Assembly (NCBI GenBank): GCA_963704435.1
Contig: OY969902.1
Coordinates: 720,001-752,000, forward strand
Direction: 5' to 3'
Length of the DNA stretch: 32,000 nt
From: an uncultured archaeon
GTDB lineage: Archaea > Micrarchaeota > Micrarchaeia > Micrarchaeales > CABMGC01
Shown one piece after another: positions 18,801-27,302 of this stretch. A program made the position numbers and the translations under genes. The stretch's first letter is position 1; every line of letters begins with the position of its first letter. Below the pieces are notes generated by a model. That model saw only the letters and a list, made by a program, of their open reading frames with translations. It had not been told where the DNA came from and ran no database searches.

Positions 18801-21800
18801 CTTACTAACATCTACGGAACACTCGCAGGGTCCAACACCATCTCATTCAGTACCGGCAACGGACAGACCCTGACGGCGAACATCATTGCGCCTAGTTCGA
18901 TCTATGGAGTGATTTCCGGCGCAAACACGATCGCATTCTCGACCGCGACTGGAACCACGGTCAATGCAAACACAGTCGGAACGACGGTCAGTGCGGTTAC
19001 GCTTAACGGCAACGTCGTAGGCAACAACGCCGTGTTCACTTCAATATCATTCACTACACTGTCCGGTTCGACATTCTCGGGCAACCTGGTCGGGAACAAC
19101 GCGGTACTTACTAACATCTACGGAACACTCGCAGGGTCCAACACCATCTCATTCAGTACCGGCAACGGACAGACCCTGACGGCGAACATCATTGCGCCTA
19201 GTTCGATCTATGGAGTGATTTCCGGCGCAAACACGATCGCATTCTCGACCGCGACTGGAACCACGGTCAATGCAAACACAGTCGGAACGACGGTCAGTGC
19301 GGTTACGCTTAACGGCAACGTCGTAGGCAACAACGCCGTGTTCACTTCAATATCATTCACTACACTGTCCGGTTCGACATTCTCGGGCAACCTGGTCGGG
19401 AACAACGCGGTACTTACTAACATCTACGGAACACTCGCAGGGTCCAACACCATCTCATTCAGTACCGGCAACGGACAGACCCTGACGGCGAACATCATTG
19501 CGCCTAGTTCGATCTATGGAGTGATTTCCGGCGCAAACACGATCGCATTCTCGACCGCGACTGGAACCACGGTCAATGCAAACACAGTCGGAACGACGGT
19601 CAGTGCGGTTACGCTTAACGGCAACGTCGTAGGCAACAACGCCGTGTTCACTTCAATATCATTCACTACACTGTCCGGTTCGACATTCTCGGGCAACCTG
19701 GTCGGGAACAACGCGGTACTTACTAACATCTACGGAACACTCGCAGGGTCCAACACCATCTCATTCAGTACCGGCAACGGACAGACCCTGACGGCGAACA
19801 TCATTGCGCCTAGTTCGATCTATGGAGTGATTTCCGGCGCAAACACGATCGCATTCTCGACCGCGACTGGAACCACGGTCAATGCAAACACAGTCGGAAC
19901 GACGGTCAGTGCGGTTACGCTTAACGGCAACGTCGTAGGCAACAACGCCGTGTTCACTTCAATATCATTCACTACACTGTCCGGTTCGACATTCTCGGGC
20001 AACCTGGTCGGGAACAACGCGGTACTTACTAACATCTACGGAACACTCGCAGGGTCCAACACCATCTCATTCAGTACCGGCAACGGACAGACCCTGACGG
20101 CGAACATCATTGCGCCTAGTTCGATCTATGGAGTGATTTCCGGCGCAAACACGATCGCATTCTCGACCGCGACTGGAACCACGGTCAATGCAAACACAGT
20201 CGGAACGACGGTCAGTGCGGTTACGCTTAACGGCAACGTCGTAGGCAACAACGCCGTGTTCACTTCAATATCATTCACTACACTGTCCGGTTCGACATTC
20301 TCGGGCAACCTGGTCGGGAACAACGCGGTACTTACTAACATCTACGGAACACTCGCAGGGTCCAACACCATCTCATTCAGTACCGGCAACGGACAGACCC
20401 TGACGGCGAACATCATTGCGCCTAGTTCGATCTATGGAGTGATTTCCGGCGCAAACACGATCGCATTCTCGACCGCGACTGGAACCACGGTCAATGCAAA
20501 CACAGTCGGAACGACGGTCAGTGCGGTTACGCTTAACGGCAACGTCGTAGGCAACAACGCCGTGTTCACTTCAATATCATTCACTACACTGTCCGGTTCG
20601 ACATTCTCGGGCAACCTGGTCGGGAACAACGCGGTACTTACTAACATCTACGGAACACTCGCAGGGTCCAACACCATCTCATTCAGTACCGGCAACGGAC
20701 AGACCCTGACGGCGAACATCATTGCGCCTAGTTCGATCTATGGAGTGATTTCCGGCGCAAACACGATCGCATTCTCGACCGCGACTGGAACCACGGTCAA
20801 TGCAAACACAGTCGGAACGACGGTCAGTGCGGTTACGCTTAACGGCAACGTCGTAGGCAACAACGCCGTGTTCACTTCAATATCATTCACTACACTGTCC
20901 GGTTCGACATTCTCGGGCAACCTGGTCGGGAACAACGCGGTACTTACTAACATCTACGGAACACTCGCAGGGTCCAACACCATCTCATTCAGTACCGGCA
21001 ACGGACAGACCCTGACGGCGAACATCATTGCGCCTAGTTCGATCTATGGAGTGATTTCCGGCGCAAACACGATCGCATTCTCGACCGCGACTGGAACCAC
21101 GGTCAATGCAAACACAGTCGGAACGACGGTCAGTGCGGTTACGCTTAACGGCAACGTCGTAGGCAACAACGCCGTGTTCACTTCAATATCATTCACTACA
21201 CTGTCCGGTTCGACATTCTCGGGCAACCTGGTCGGGAACAACGCGGTACTTACTAACATCTACGGAACACTCGCAGGGTCCAACACCATCTCATTCAGTA
21301 CCGGCAACGGACAGACCCTGACGGCGAACATCATTGCGCCTAGTTCGATCTATGGAGTGATTTCCGGCGCAAACACGATCGCATTCTCGACCGCGACTGG
21401 AACCACGGTCAATGCAAACACAGTCGGAACGACGGTCAGTGCGGTTACGCTTAACGGCAACGTCGTAGGCAACAACGCCGTGTTCACTTCAATATCATTC
21501 ACTACACTGTCCGGTTCGACATTCTCGGGCAACCTGGTCGGGAACAACGCGGTACTTACTAACATCTACGGAACACTCGCAGGGTCCAACACCATCTCAT
21601 TCAGTACCGGCAACGGACAGACCCTGACGGCGAACATCATTGCGCCTAGTTCGATCTATGGAGTGATTTCCGGCGCAAACACGATCGCATTCTCGACCGC
21701 GACTGGAACCACGGTCAATGCAAACACAGTCGGAACGACGGTCAGTGCGGTTACGCTTAACGGCAACGTCGTAGGCAACAACGCCGTGTTCACTTCAATA

Positions 21801-23753
21801 TCATTCACTACACTGTCCGGTTCGACATTCTCGGGCAACCTGGTCGGGAACAACGCGGTACTTACTAACATCTACGGAACACTCGCAGGGTCCAACACCA
21901 TCTCATTCAGTACCGGCAACGGACAGACCCTGACGGCGAACATCATTGCGCCTAGTTCGATCTATGGAGTGATTTCCGGCGCAAACACGATCGCATTCTC
22001 GACCGCGACTGGAACCACGGTCAATGCAAACACAGTCGGAACGACGGTCAGTGCGGTTACGCTTAACGGCAACGTCGTAGGCAACAACGCCGTGTTCACT
22101 TCAATATCATTCACTACACTGTCCGGTTCGACATTCTCGGGCAACCTGGTCGGGAACAACGCGGTACTTACTAACATCTACGGAACACTCGCAGGGTCCA
22201 ACACCATCTCATTCAGTACCGGCAACGGACAGACCCTGACGGCGAACATCATTGCGCCTAGTTCGATCTATGGAGTGATTTCCGGCGCAAACACGATCGC
22301 ATTCTCGACCGCGACTGGAACCACGGTCAATGCAAACACAGTCGGAACGACGGTCAGTGCGGTTACGCTTAACGGCAACGTCGTAGGCAACAACGCCGTG
22401 TTCACTTCAATATCATTCACTACACTGTCCGGTTCGACATTCTCGGGCAACCTGGTCGGGAACAACGCGATCTTCACCACAATAAATGCGATAACCTTTA
22501 GTGGGAACATTGTAGGCAACAATGCAGTATTCTCCGGATCAATAAACGTAGGTTCGTGCATAGGCTGCGGCACTGGCAGCGGAGTTACCAGCATCAACGG
22601 TCTTACGGGCGCCGTGAATGTAGTCGGACAGAATGTGATTACTGCTTATGCAAGCAGCCAGAATGTAATATTGTCGATACCTCAGGCAACGGGCTCGCTC
22701 AGCGGCTATCTTGCATCAGGAGATTGGACCATCTTTAACGGGAAGTTCGGAACGGCGGGCACCGGACTTTATGCTTCAGCGACTACGGTCAACTTGGCAC
22801 CCCTCACAGCAGGATATGGGATAAGCATAGGCACCAATGGCAATACGATAATCGCAACGGGTGTCCCTTCAATCTCCGCAGGTACAGGAATACTAGTCAA
22901 CACCGCGAACCAGATTTCGCTAATACCCCTTACCGCAGGCACTGGAATAAGCATAGGCGGTAGCGGCAATACAATAACCTGTACGGGCTGCTCAGGCACT
23001 GCATTCAGTACGGCGGGCACGGGACTTTATTCATCAGGAACAACTGTATCCCTTGCACCTCTGACGGCAGGATTTGGAATACGTGTCGGAACTAACGGGA
23101 ACACGATAACTGCGACAGGAGTTCCTTCAATAAGCGCGGGGACTGGCATAGCGATTACGACCTCCAACCAGATTGCGCTGGCTACCCCGACGAACACCCT
23201 GCCTATCTCAATCACGAGCACAAACAACATCGCCTTGAACATAGGGGCTGGCCTTATGACATCGGCAGGCAAGCTCGCGCTCATACCCGCTAATTCGGAG
23301 AACCCAGCCAACCCGACAGGTACTACTTCAAGCAGCTTATATGTTTACATGGGCACGGGCTTAGTTGGAGGCAGCGGCACTGCGCTCGGCTTCACGCCTG
23401 CGGCAGGAGGGAGCGGCAACGTTATGTTCCAATGCCAGCTTGATGCAGCAGACAACAAGGTATCCTCAACAACGTCGGTCACGAACACCATAAGCATCAA
23501 GCTAGGATATGGCAGCACTGGTAGCAACCCAGTCAATGGAGGAGCCGTGGGCTCAAACTCATTCATAGGACCCGTTCTGGGCCCATATACCTCTTATCCG
23601 GCAACAACTCTTGTGCACACTGACATTGCCCAGATTATCACAGGGCTATCACCAGGAACTAAATACTGGGTCGATTTTGCGGTAGAATCCAGCTCAAGCA
23701 GCAATACGGGTTCGATAAGCAACATCTGGTGCCAGTGGTGGAACGTTGGGTGA
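15849..23753 (+). CDS. Giant secreted repeat protein (~2634 aa) with partial YVTN N-terminus, 19x102-aa repeats and tail-fibre-like motifs
   Basis: Signal-like N-terminus (NLAFSLLLATVLLAFASTTASA), IGFNGPIGIAVSPFGSQAYVVNNGNNTVSVV, GFLSSADWNTF, tandem repeats, GVTSINGLTGAVNVVG, GYLASGDWTIFNGK, duplicated GTGLY..TV.LAPLTAG modules and a non-repetitive C-terminal domain. Single uninterrupted frame. Confidence 0.93.
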   Translation: MPAKIAQDRNNLAFSLLLATVLLAFASTTASASSIVNTIIGFNGPIGIAVSPFGSQAYVVNNGNNTVSVVTLNGVSGAANAFSFNVPFSVNSVNVVSLMIGNGLAINGANQLYATGTALTANAPIFIDSNNAISITQASATVNGFLSSADWNTFSTVNSRAYAFTVTNMLGYIGNVLSISNTPSFMTVTANIIGNNAVITTLTGNVIGSTASITTVNGNVIGNNAVFGSSVSAVTLNGNVVGNNAVFTSISFTTLSGSTFTGNIVGNNAVLTNIYGTLAGSNTISFSTGNGQTLTANIIAPSSIYGVISGANTIAFSTATGTTVNANTVGTTVSAVTLNGNVVGNNAVFTSISFTTLSGSTFTGNIVGNNAVLTNIYGTLAGSNTISFSTGNGQTLTANIIAPSSIYGVISGANTIAFSTATGTTVNANTVGTTVSAVTLNGNVVGNNAVFTSISFTTLSGSTFTGNIVGNNAVLTNIYGTLAGSNTISFSTGNGQTLTANIIAPSSIYGVISGANTIAFSTATGTTVNANTVGTTVSAVTLNGNVVGNNAVFTSISFTTLSGSTFSGNLVGNNAVLTNIYGTLAGSNTISFSTGNGQTLTANIIAPSSIYGVISGANTIAFSTATGTTVNANTVGTTVSAVTLNGNVVGNNAVFTSISFTTLSGSTFSGNLVGNNAVLTNIYGTLAGSNTISFSTGNGQTLTANIIAPSSIYGVISGANTIAFSTATGTTVNANTVGTTVSAVTLNGNVVGNNAVFTSISFTTLSGSTFSGNLVGNNAVLTNIYGTLAGSNTISFSTGNGQTLTANIIAPSSIYGVISGANTIAFSTATGTTVNANTVGTTVSAVTLNGNVVGNNAVFTSISFTTLSGSTFSGNLVGNNAVLTNIYGTLAGSNTISFSTGNGQTLTANIIAPSSIYGVISGANTIAFSTATGTTVNANTVGTTVSAVTLNGNVVGNNAVFTSISFTTLSGSTFSGNLVGNNAVLTNIYGTLAGSNTISFSTGNGQTLTANIIAPSSIYGVISGANTIAFSTATGTTVNANTVGTTVSAVTLNGNVVGNNAVFTSISFTTLSGSTFSGNLVGNNAVLTNIYGTLAGSNTISFSTGNGQTLTANIIAPSSIYGVISGANTIAFSTATGTTVNANTVGTTVSAVTLNGNVVGNNAVFTSISFTTLSGSTFSGNLVGNNAVLTNIYGTLAGSNTISFSTGNGQTLTANIIAPSSIYGVISGANTIAFSTATGTTVNANTVGTTVSAVTLNGNVVGNNAVFTSISFTTLSGSTFSGNLVGNNAVLTNIYGTLAGSNTISFSTGNGQTLTANIIAPSSIYGVISGANTIAFSTATGTTVNANTVGTTVSAVTLNGNVVGNNAVFTSISFTTLSGSTFSGNLVGNNAVLTNIYGTLAGSNTISFSTGNGQTLTANIIAPSSIYGVISGANTIAFSTATGTTVNANTVGTTVSAVTLNGNVVGNNAVFTSISFTTLSGSTFSGNLVGNNAVLTNIYGTLAGSNTISFSTGNGQTLTANIIAPSSIYGVISGANTIAFSTATGTTVNANTVGTTVSAVTLNGNVVGNNAVFTSISFTTLSGSTFSGNLVGNNAVLTNIYGTLAGSNTISFSTGNGQTLTANIIAPSSIYGVISGANTIAFSTATGTTVNANTVGTTVSAVTLNGNVVGNNAVFTSISFTTLSGSTFSGNLVGNNAVLTNIYGTLAGSNTISFSTGNGQTLTANIIAPSSIYGVISGANTIAFSTATGTTVNANTVGTTVSAVTLNGNVVGNNAVFTSISFTTLSGSTFSGNLVGNNAVLTNIYGTLAGSNTISFSTGNGQTLTANIIAPSSIYGVISGANTIAFSTATGTTVNANTVGTTVSAVTLNGNVVGNNAVFTSISFTTLSGSTFSGNLVGNNAVLTNIYGTLAGSNTISFSTGNGQTLTANIIAPSSIYGVISGANTIAFSTATGTTVNANTVGTTVSAVTLNGNVVGNNAVFTSISFTTLSGSTFSGNLVGNNAVLTNIYGTLAGSNTISFSTGNGQTLTANIIAPSSIYGVISGANTIAFSTATGTTVNANTVGTTVSAVTLNGNVVGNNAVFTSISFTTLSGSTFSGNLVGNNAVLTNIYGTLAGSNTISFSTGNGQTLTANIIAPSSIYGVISGANTIAFSTATGTTVNANTVGTTVSAVTLNGNVVGNNAVFTSISFTTLSGSTFSGNLVGNNAIFTTINAITFSGNIVGNNAVFSGSINVGSCIGCGTGSGVTSINGLTGAVNVVGQNVITAYASSQNVILSIPQATGSLSGYLASGDWTIFNGKFGTAGTGLYASATTVNLAPLTAGYGISIGTNGNTIIATGVPSISAGTGILVNTANQISLIPLTAGTGISIGGSGNTITCTGCSGTAFSTAGTGLYSSGTTVSLAPLTAGFGIRVGTNGNTITATGVPSISAGTGIAITTSNQIALATPTNTLPISITSTNNIALNIGAGLMTSAGKLALIPANSENPANPTGTTSSSLYVYMGTGLVGGSGTALGFTPAAGGSGNVMFQCQLDAADNKVSSTTSVTNTISIKLGYGSTGSNPVNGGAVGSNSFIGPVLGPYTSYPATTLVHTDIAQIITGLSPGTKYWVDFAVESSSSSNTGSISNIWCQWWNVG
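16621..22434 (+). repeat. 19 tandem copies of a 306-bp (102-aa) unit
   Basis: Anchor TCCGGTTCGAC(C/A)TTC recurs every 306 bp: CGAC at 16621, 16927, 17233, 17539 ... 22435; (22435-16621)/306 = 19. Copies appear nearly identical at nucleotide level; diverged partial units occur upstream (16380-16620) and downstream (22435-22540). Confidence 0.97.
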
Positions 23754-23830
23754 GGAGATGAGAAGATTGCTCCGTGGTCTTTGCTTTAACTGGGCGGAAT
23801 CGGATTCGCTTCCAATACGATAGTGCTGAA

Positions 23831-26014
23831 ATGAGAGTTGGACTTTTACTTGGCTTAGTCCTCGTGGCCATCCTGATGGGGACGTCAAGTGCCGCAACGG
23901 TATTTGGATTCAACTCACCCTACTCTGCCGCGATCTCCCCCACCCAGAATTATGTCTATGTAACCAATAGCGGAAACAACACAGTAAGCATCGTCAATTC
24001 CATGAACGACATGATAATCGGAACGATAACCGGCTTTGATATTCCCACCGGAATCGCAATAACCCCAAACGGAACCTTCCTGTATGTTGCCAACTTTGGC
24101 GATAACGAGCTGGCGAAAGTAAGCACCGCGACCGGCATGATCATCGACTTTACTGGTGGGTTTAATCAGCCAGAGTATGTTTCCCTGTCTCCGGACGGGA
24201 AGACCGCATATGTCACTAACCAAGGAAACGGCCAGGTAAGCGCGGTGGCCCTGGCTCCGCGGCCTCTTCCAACAATCGCGCCAATAAATCCCGCTTATGA
24301 CCTTGGCCAGCCAATAACCCTTACCGCCAGCTGGGCCGCGAGCTCGCCTCCTTATACGGCAAACTGGATCATAGAACAGGGATCCAGCCCGGTATTCAAT
24401 GCCCAATATTCTGGAATAACCGGCCTTAACAGCATACTGTCCCTGTCATCAACGACCCTTGGCGTGGGAGACTTTGCCGCCAACGTGATTGTAGAAGACG
24501 GGTCATCAGTCATGACGAGCTCGGCAGAGGACGCATTCGCTATAAGTTCAATATTGAATCCAGCGAATCCCGTCCCATATGATCCTGTCATAACTAGCGG
24601 CCAGAGCGTGACCCTCACGGCAAACCCCAACGGGGGATCGGGCTCCTACTCCTATACATGGTACGTAAGTTTGACCTCGCCTTGCAGTTCCAGCTGGATA
24701 GAGGTGGGGACGGGCCCGTCGATCACGGTGGTTCCTGCAGCCAACTTATACTATTGCTATGTCGTTACGGACAGCGCGACAACGCCCGTGTCTGGGACAT
24801 CCGGTTCTGACCTAGTCACTGTCAATCAGGGCAGCTCCACTACCACGAGCAGCACCGGCAGCACTGGAAGCGGACCGGGCGGAGGAGGAGGCGGAGGCGT
24901 CCAAAAGCCAATAATAATGGAGGCAATCTCGAACTCGACCTCCACATTAGTGAATTTGCTGGGCGAGAAAACAGGCCTCAACATAACCTCCTCGGTGCCG
25001 AGCCAGAATGAGGACATAATCCTAAACATCGCGTCTCTCAATACGTTTAATGTGACGCTGCACGGGGAAAGGCTTAATTTCACCACAAACTTCATATCCC
25101 CGACAAGCGCCGGAATGACGATAAACAACCAAGAATACGTGTTTTCCCAGAATACCACTTTCCTGATAAAACAGAAGAATTACAACTATACGCTTAGCGT
25201 TGAACTATTCAACATATCGATCCTGCCTATCCTGAATACCGTAGAGCTTGCAGTAAGCTCCGAGCCAAACCCCATAAACATTACCGCGCAGAATTTCACA
25301 ATGGCCATACTGTCGAACCAGACCCTCTCCGTCCAGAACCTGACCTCTTCAAGATTCGTCCCGTCAATCCCCACAGGGTACTATAAGCAACTGGTTCAGA
25401 ACGTAAGCGTGCGACAGATACCTGGCACCCCGAATCCAAGGATAAATACGACGGTCGGCGTCGCGATAAAGTACAACTGCAGCATCCCTTCCTACGATGA
25501 GATCCCGCTCATCCTATCCAATTACTCGTGGGCGCAGGTCAGCTCGTTCACCGTGAGACCCAATGACTGCGTGGTGACCTTTTCGTTCCATTCGGATCCA
25601 GTCATGGCCCTTACCAGGTACGTGGGTCCCTCAAACAAAACCAAGCCGCCCACCACGACTATCCCCTACTGCCCTGTGGAATCGCAGGCCGGGTGCATCG
25701 CAATCCCTGCAAACTCGCTTTCACACACATCCACGACAAGCATTCCCTATCAACAGTCCAACCATAAAATAAATGTGCCGCCTTTAGCGCTCTATTCCCT
25801 TGGAGCAGTGGCCGCAGCCGTCATAGCCTGGATCGCCTATAGGAGGTATCGGCTAAGGCCGCGCAAGCCGAAAGAAGGAGCCCGCTCTAAGGTAAGCGGG
25901 GCCAAGCCGCAGGAGGAAGGTCCGCGCGCCGGAAAGAAGGCAAAGAGGGGCAAATCCTCGAAGGCCGGGCAATCGGACAGGCTCAAATCCATAAGCGACG
26001 AGCTGGAAGAGTAG
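23831..26014 (+). CDS. Secreted, C-terminally membrane-anchored surface protein with YVTN beta-propeller-like N-terminus and PKD/Ig-like region
   Basis: Signal peptide MRVGLLLGLVLVAILMGTSSA; SPTQNYVYVTNSGNNTVSIVN, TPNGTFLYVANFGDNELAKV, SPDGKTAYVTNQGNGQVSAV; PVTSGQSVTLTANPNGGSGSYSYTWY; S/T/G linker; C-terminal TM LALYSLGAVAAAVIAWIAY and basic tail. Confidence 0.88.
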   Translation: MRVGLLLGLVLVAILMGTSSAATVFGFNSPYSAAISPTQNYVYVTNSGNNTVSIVNSMNDMIIGTITGFDIPTGIAITPNGTFLYVANFGDNELAKVSTATGMIIDFTGGFNQPEYVSLSPDGKTAYVTNQGNGQVSAVALAPRPLPTIAPINPAYDLGQPITLTASWAASSPPYTANWIIEQGSSPVFNAQYSGITGLNSILSLSSTTLGVGDFAANVIVEDGSSVMTSSAEDAFAISSILNPANPVPYDPVITSGQSVTLTANPNGGSGSYSYTWYVSLTSPCSSSWIEVGTGPSITVVPAANLYYCYVVTDSATTPVSGTSGSDLVTVNQGSSTTTSSTGSTGSGPGGGGGGGVQKPIIMEAISNSTSTLVNLLGEKTGLNITSSVPSQNEDIILNIASLNTFNVTLHGERLNFTTNFISPTSAGMTINNQEYVFSQNTTFLIKQKNYNYTLSVELFNISILPILNTVELAVSSEPNPINITAQNFTMAILSNQTLSVQNLTSSRFVPSIPTGYYKQLVQNVSVRQIPGTPNPRINTTVGVAIKYNCSIPSYDEIPLILSNYSWAQVSSFTVRPNDCVVTFSFHSDPVMALTRYVGPSNKTKPPTTTIPYCPVESQAGCIAIPANSLSHTSTTSIPYQQSNHKINVPPLALYSLGAVAAAVIAWIAYRRYRLRPRKPKEGARSKVSGAKPQEEGPRAGKKAKRGKSSKAGQSDRLKSISDELEE

Positions 26015-26063
26015 ATTGCGGGAGGAGTTACTGGAAGGAAGTCCCGCGCTCGCGGAAACGGAA

Positions 26064-26074
26064 AATCTTTAAAA
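26064..26074 (+). promoter_or_regulatory. Putative TATA box for the MinD-like gene
   Basis: ATCTTTAAAAGG ~30 nt upstream of the preferred ATG. Confidence 0.4.
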
Positions 26075-26101
26075 GGTTAGGTGCCTGTTAATCCTAGCAA
26101 G

Positions 26102-26854
26102 ATGATTGCGATGCCCGATCCGCGCATAATAGGGGTTGTCAGCCAGAAAGGGGGAGTCGGCAAGACCGCGATAGCCGTGAACCTCTCCGTTATCCTGAGG
26201 CTCAAGGGCTACAGGGTGCTGACCGTTGACGGCGACACCAGCAATCCGAACATGGGCATCCAGCTGGGGATGGAGAACGCAAACATAGGCTTCAAGGAGC
26301 TCGCCACAAAGAAAAGCAAGGTGGACGGCGTAGTGACGATACACGGCACCACTGGCCTTCACGTAGTCCTGGGGACCCTCCGCTCAAAGCCGTACCTCCT
26401 TACCAAAGCCGACGTAATCCGGCTGAAGTCCAAGCTCAAGGAATGCGACTATGATTTCGTGATACTAGACACCGCGCCCGGATTCTACGCGACCGAGGCG
26501 ATGGAGCTCCTTGACGAGGCGATACTCGTCGCCACGCCCGACACGCCAGCGGTGACCGGAATCCTGCGGCTCAACAGGATCCTGAAGGGGATGGGGGCAG
26601 AGCGCTACATCGTGCTCAACAGGGTGAAGGGGAAGAAATACGAGCTCCAGCCTGATGAGATAGAGGACGCCAGCGAGGACAAGGTGGTTGCCGCCATACC
26701 TGATGACGACATAGTCAACGAGAGCCTTGCCGAGAGGATACCCGCGTGCATGATGGGCAGGAACTCCGATTTCTCCAAAGCCGTGACTAAGCTCGCGGTC
26801 AAGCTGTCCGCAGGCAAGAAGAGAGCAAGCGCCCCCTTAGCTAGCTCGCCATGA
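26102..26854 (+). CDS. MinD/ParA family ATPase
   Basis: RIIGVVSQKGGVGKTAIAVNLSVILRLKGYRVLTVDGDTSNPNMGIQLG: deviant Walker A KGGVGKT. VILDTAPG Walker B-like. The track start at 26081 is a GTG; an ATG at 26102 or 26111 is more likely. Confidence 0.92.
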   Translation: MIAMPDPRIIGVVSQKGGVGKTAIAVNLSVILRLKGYRVLTVDGDTSNPNMGIQLGMENANIGFKELATKKSKVDGVVTIHGTTGLHVVLGTLRSKPYLLTKADVIRLKSKLKECDYDFVILDTAPGFYATEAMELLDEAILVATPDTPAVTGILRLNRILKGMGAERYIVLNRVKGKKYELQPDEIEDASEDKVVAAIPDDDIVNESLAERIPACMMGRNSDFSKAVTKLAVKLSAGKKRASAPLASSP

Positions 26855-26883
26855 GCGCCTGGAAGGCAGCCGAATCCCGTACT

Positions 26884-26893
26884 GCTTTATATA
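26884..26893 (+). promoter_or_regulatory. Putative TATA box for the PadR-ABC-DAC operon
   Basis: GCTTTATATAT ~50 nt upstream of the ATG at 26940. Confidence 0.5.
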
Positions 26894-26939
26894 TCTTGGT
26901 CTGGAAATAAACTAGTCTAGGATTAGACCATACTATCTG

Positions 26940-27302
26940 ATGCGCATGTTTGACAAGGACGCCCTATTCAAGAAGTTCGACGCCGCGATGATGCACGGGG
27001 CTCTGAAGCTCATCGTGCTCGCTCACCTCCGCGACAGCGGCACGTACCCATATGCTATGCTGAAGCACTTCAAGGGCAGCGGCCACTCATTCCTCGCGGG
27101 CATGGGCAAGTCGGAGATGTACAACATAATCAATTCGCTGGAGAAGGAGGGCTTCGTGTCTTACCGCATAGTCAAGAAGGGAGCGCGGTCGCAGAAGCAC
27201 TATGCGCTCACGCCGAAGGGAAGGAAGGTGATCGGGACATCGAAGCAGATAATGACCCGGGCTATGGGCGACTTCAGGAAGCTTGTGAAGAGTGAGTTCT
27301 GA
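26940..27302 (+). CDS. PadR-family-like transcriptional regulator
   Basis: HGALKLIVLAHLRDSGTYPYAMLKHFK...EMYNIINSLEKEGFVSYRIVKKGARSQKHYALTPKGRKVI: PadR-like winged-helix pattern. Immediately precedes ABC exporter genes with TGATG overlap. Confidence 0.85.
   Translation: MRMFDKDALFKKFDAAMMHGALKLIVLAHLRDSGTYPYAMLKHFKGSGHSFLAGMGKSEMYNIINSLEKEGFVSYRIVKKGARSQKHYALTPKGRKVIGTSKQIMTRAMGDFRKLVKSEF

Noticed and set aside
16621-22434. CRISPR array interpretation of the long repeat block
   Set aside because: Units are 306 bp and contiguous with no unique spacers, and are coding in one frame; not a CRISPR array. No cas genes seen.
16331-22597. Array of ~19 antisense ORFs of ~71 aa (MLVSTALFPTRLPENVEPDSVV...) with 306-bp spacing
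   Set aside because: They are the stop-free antisense frame of the plus-strand repeat array and simply mirror the 306-bp period. The plus-strand frame is continuous, has a signal peptide and has sensible composition.
15849-26014. Provirus interpretation based on tail-fibre-like motifs
   Set aside because: No capsid, terminase, portal or integrase gene is visible in the window. Flanking genes are cellular (leuS, minD) and the proteins carry signal peptides, so a cellular surface role is more likely.
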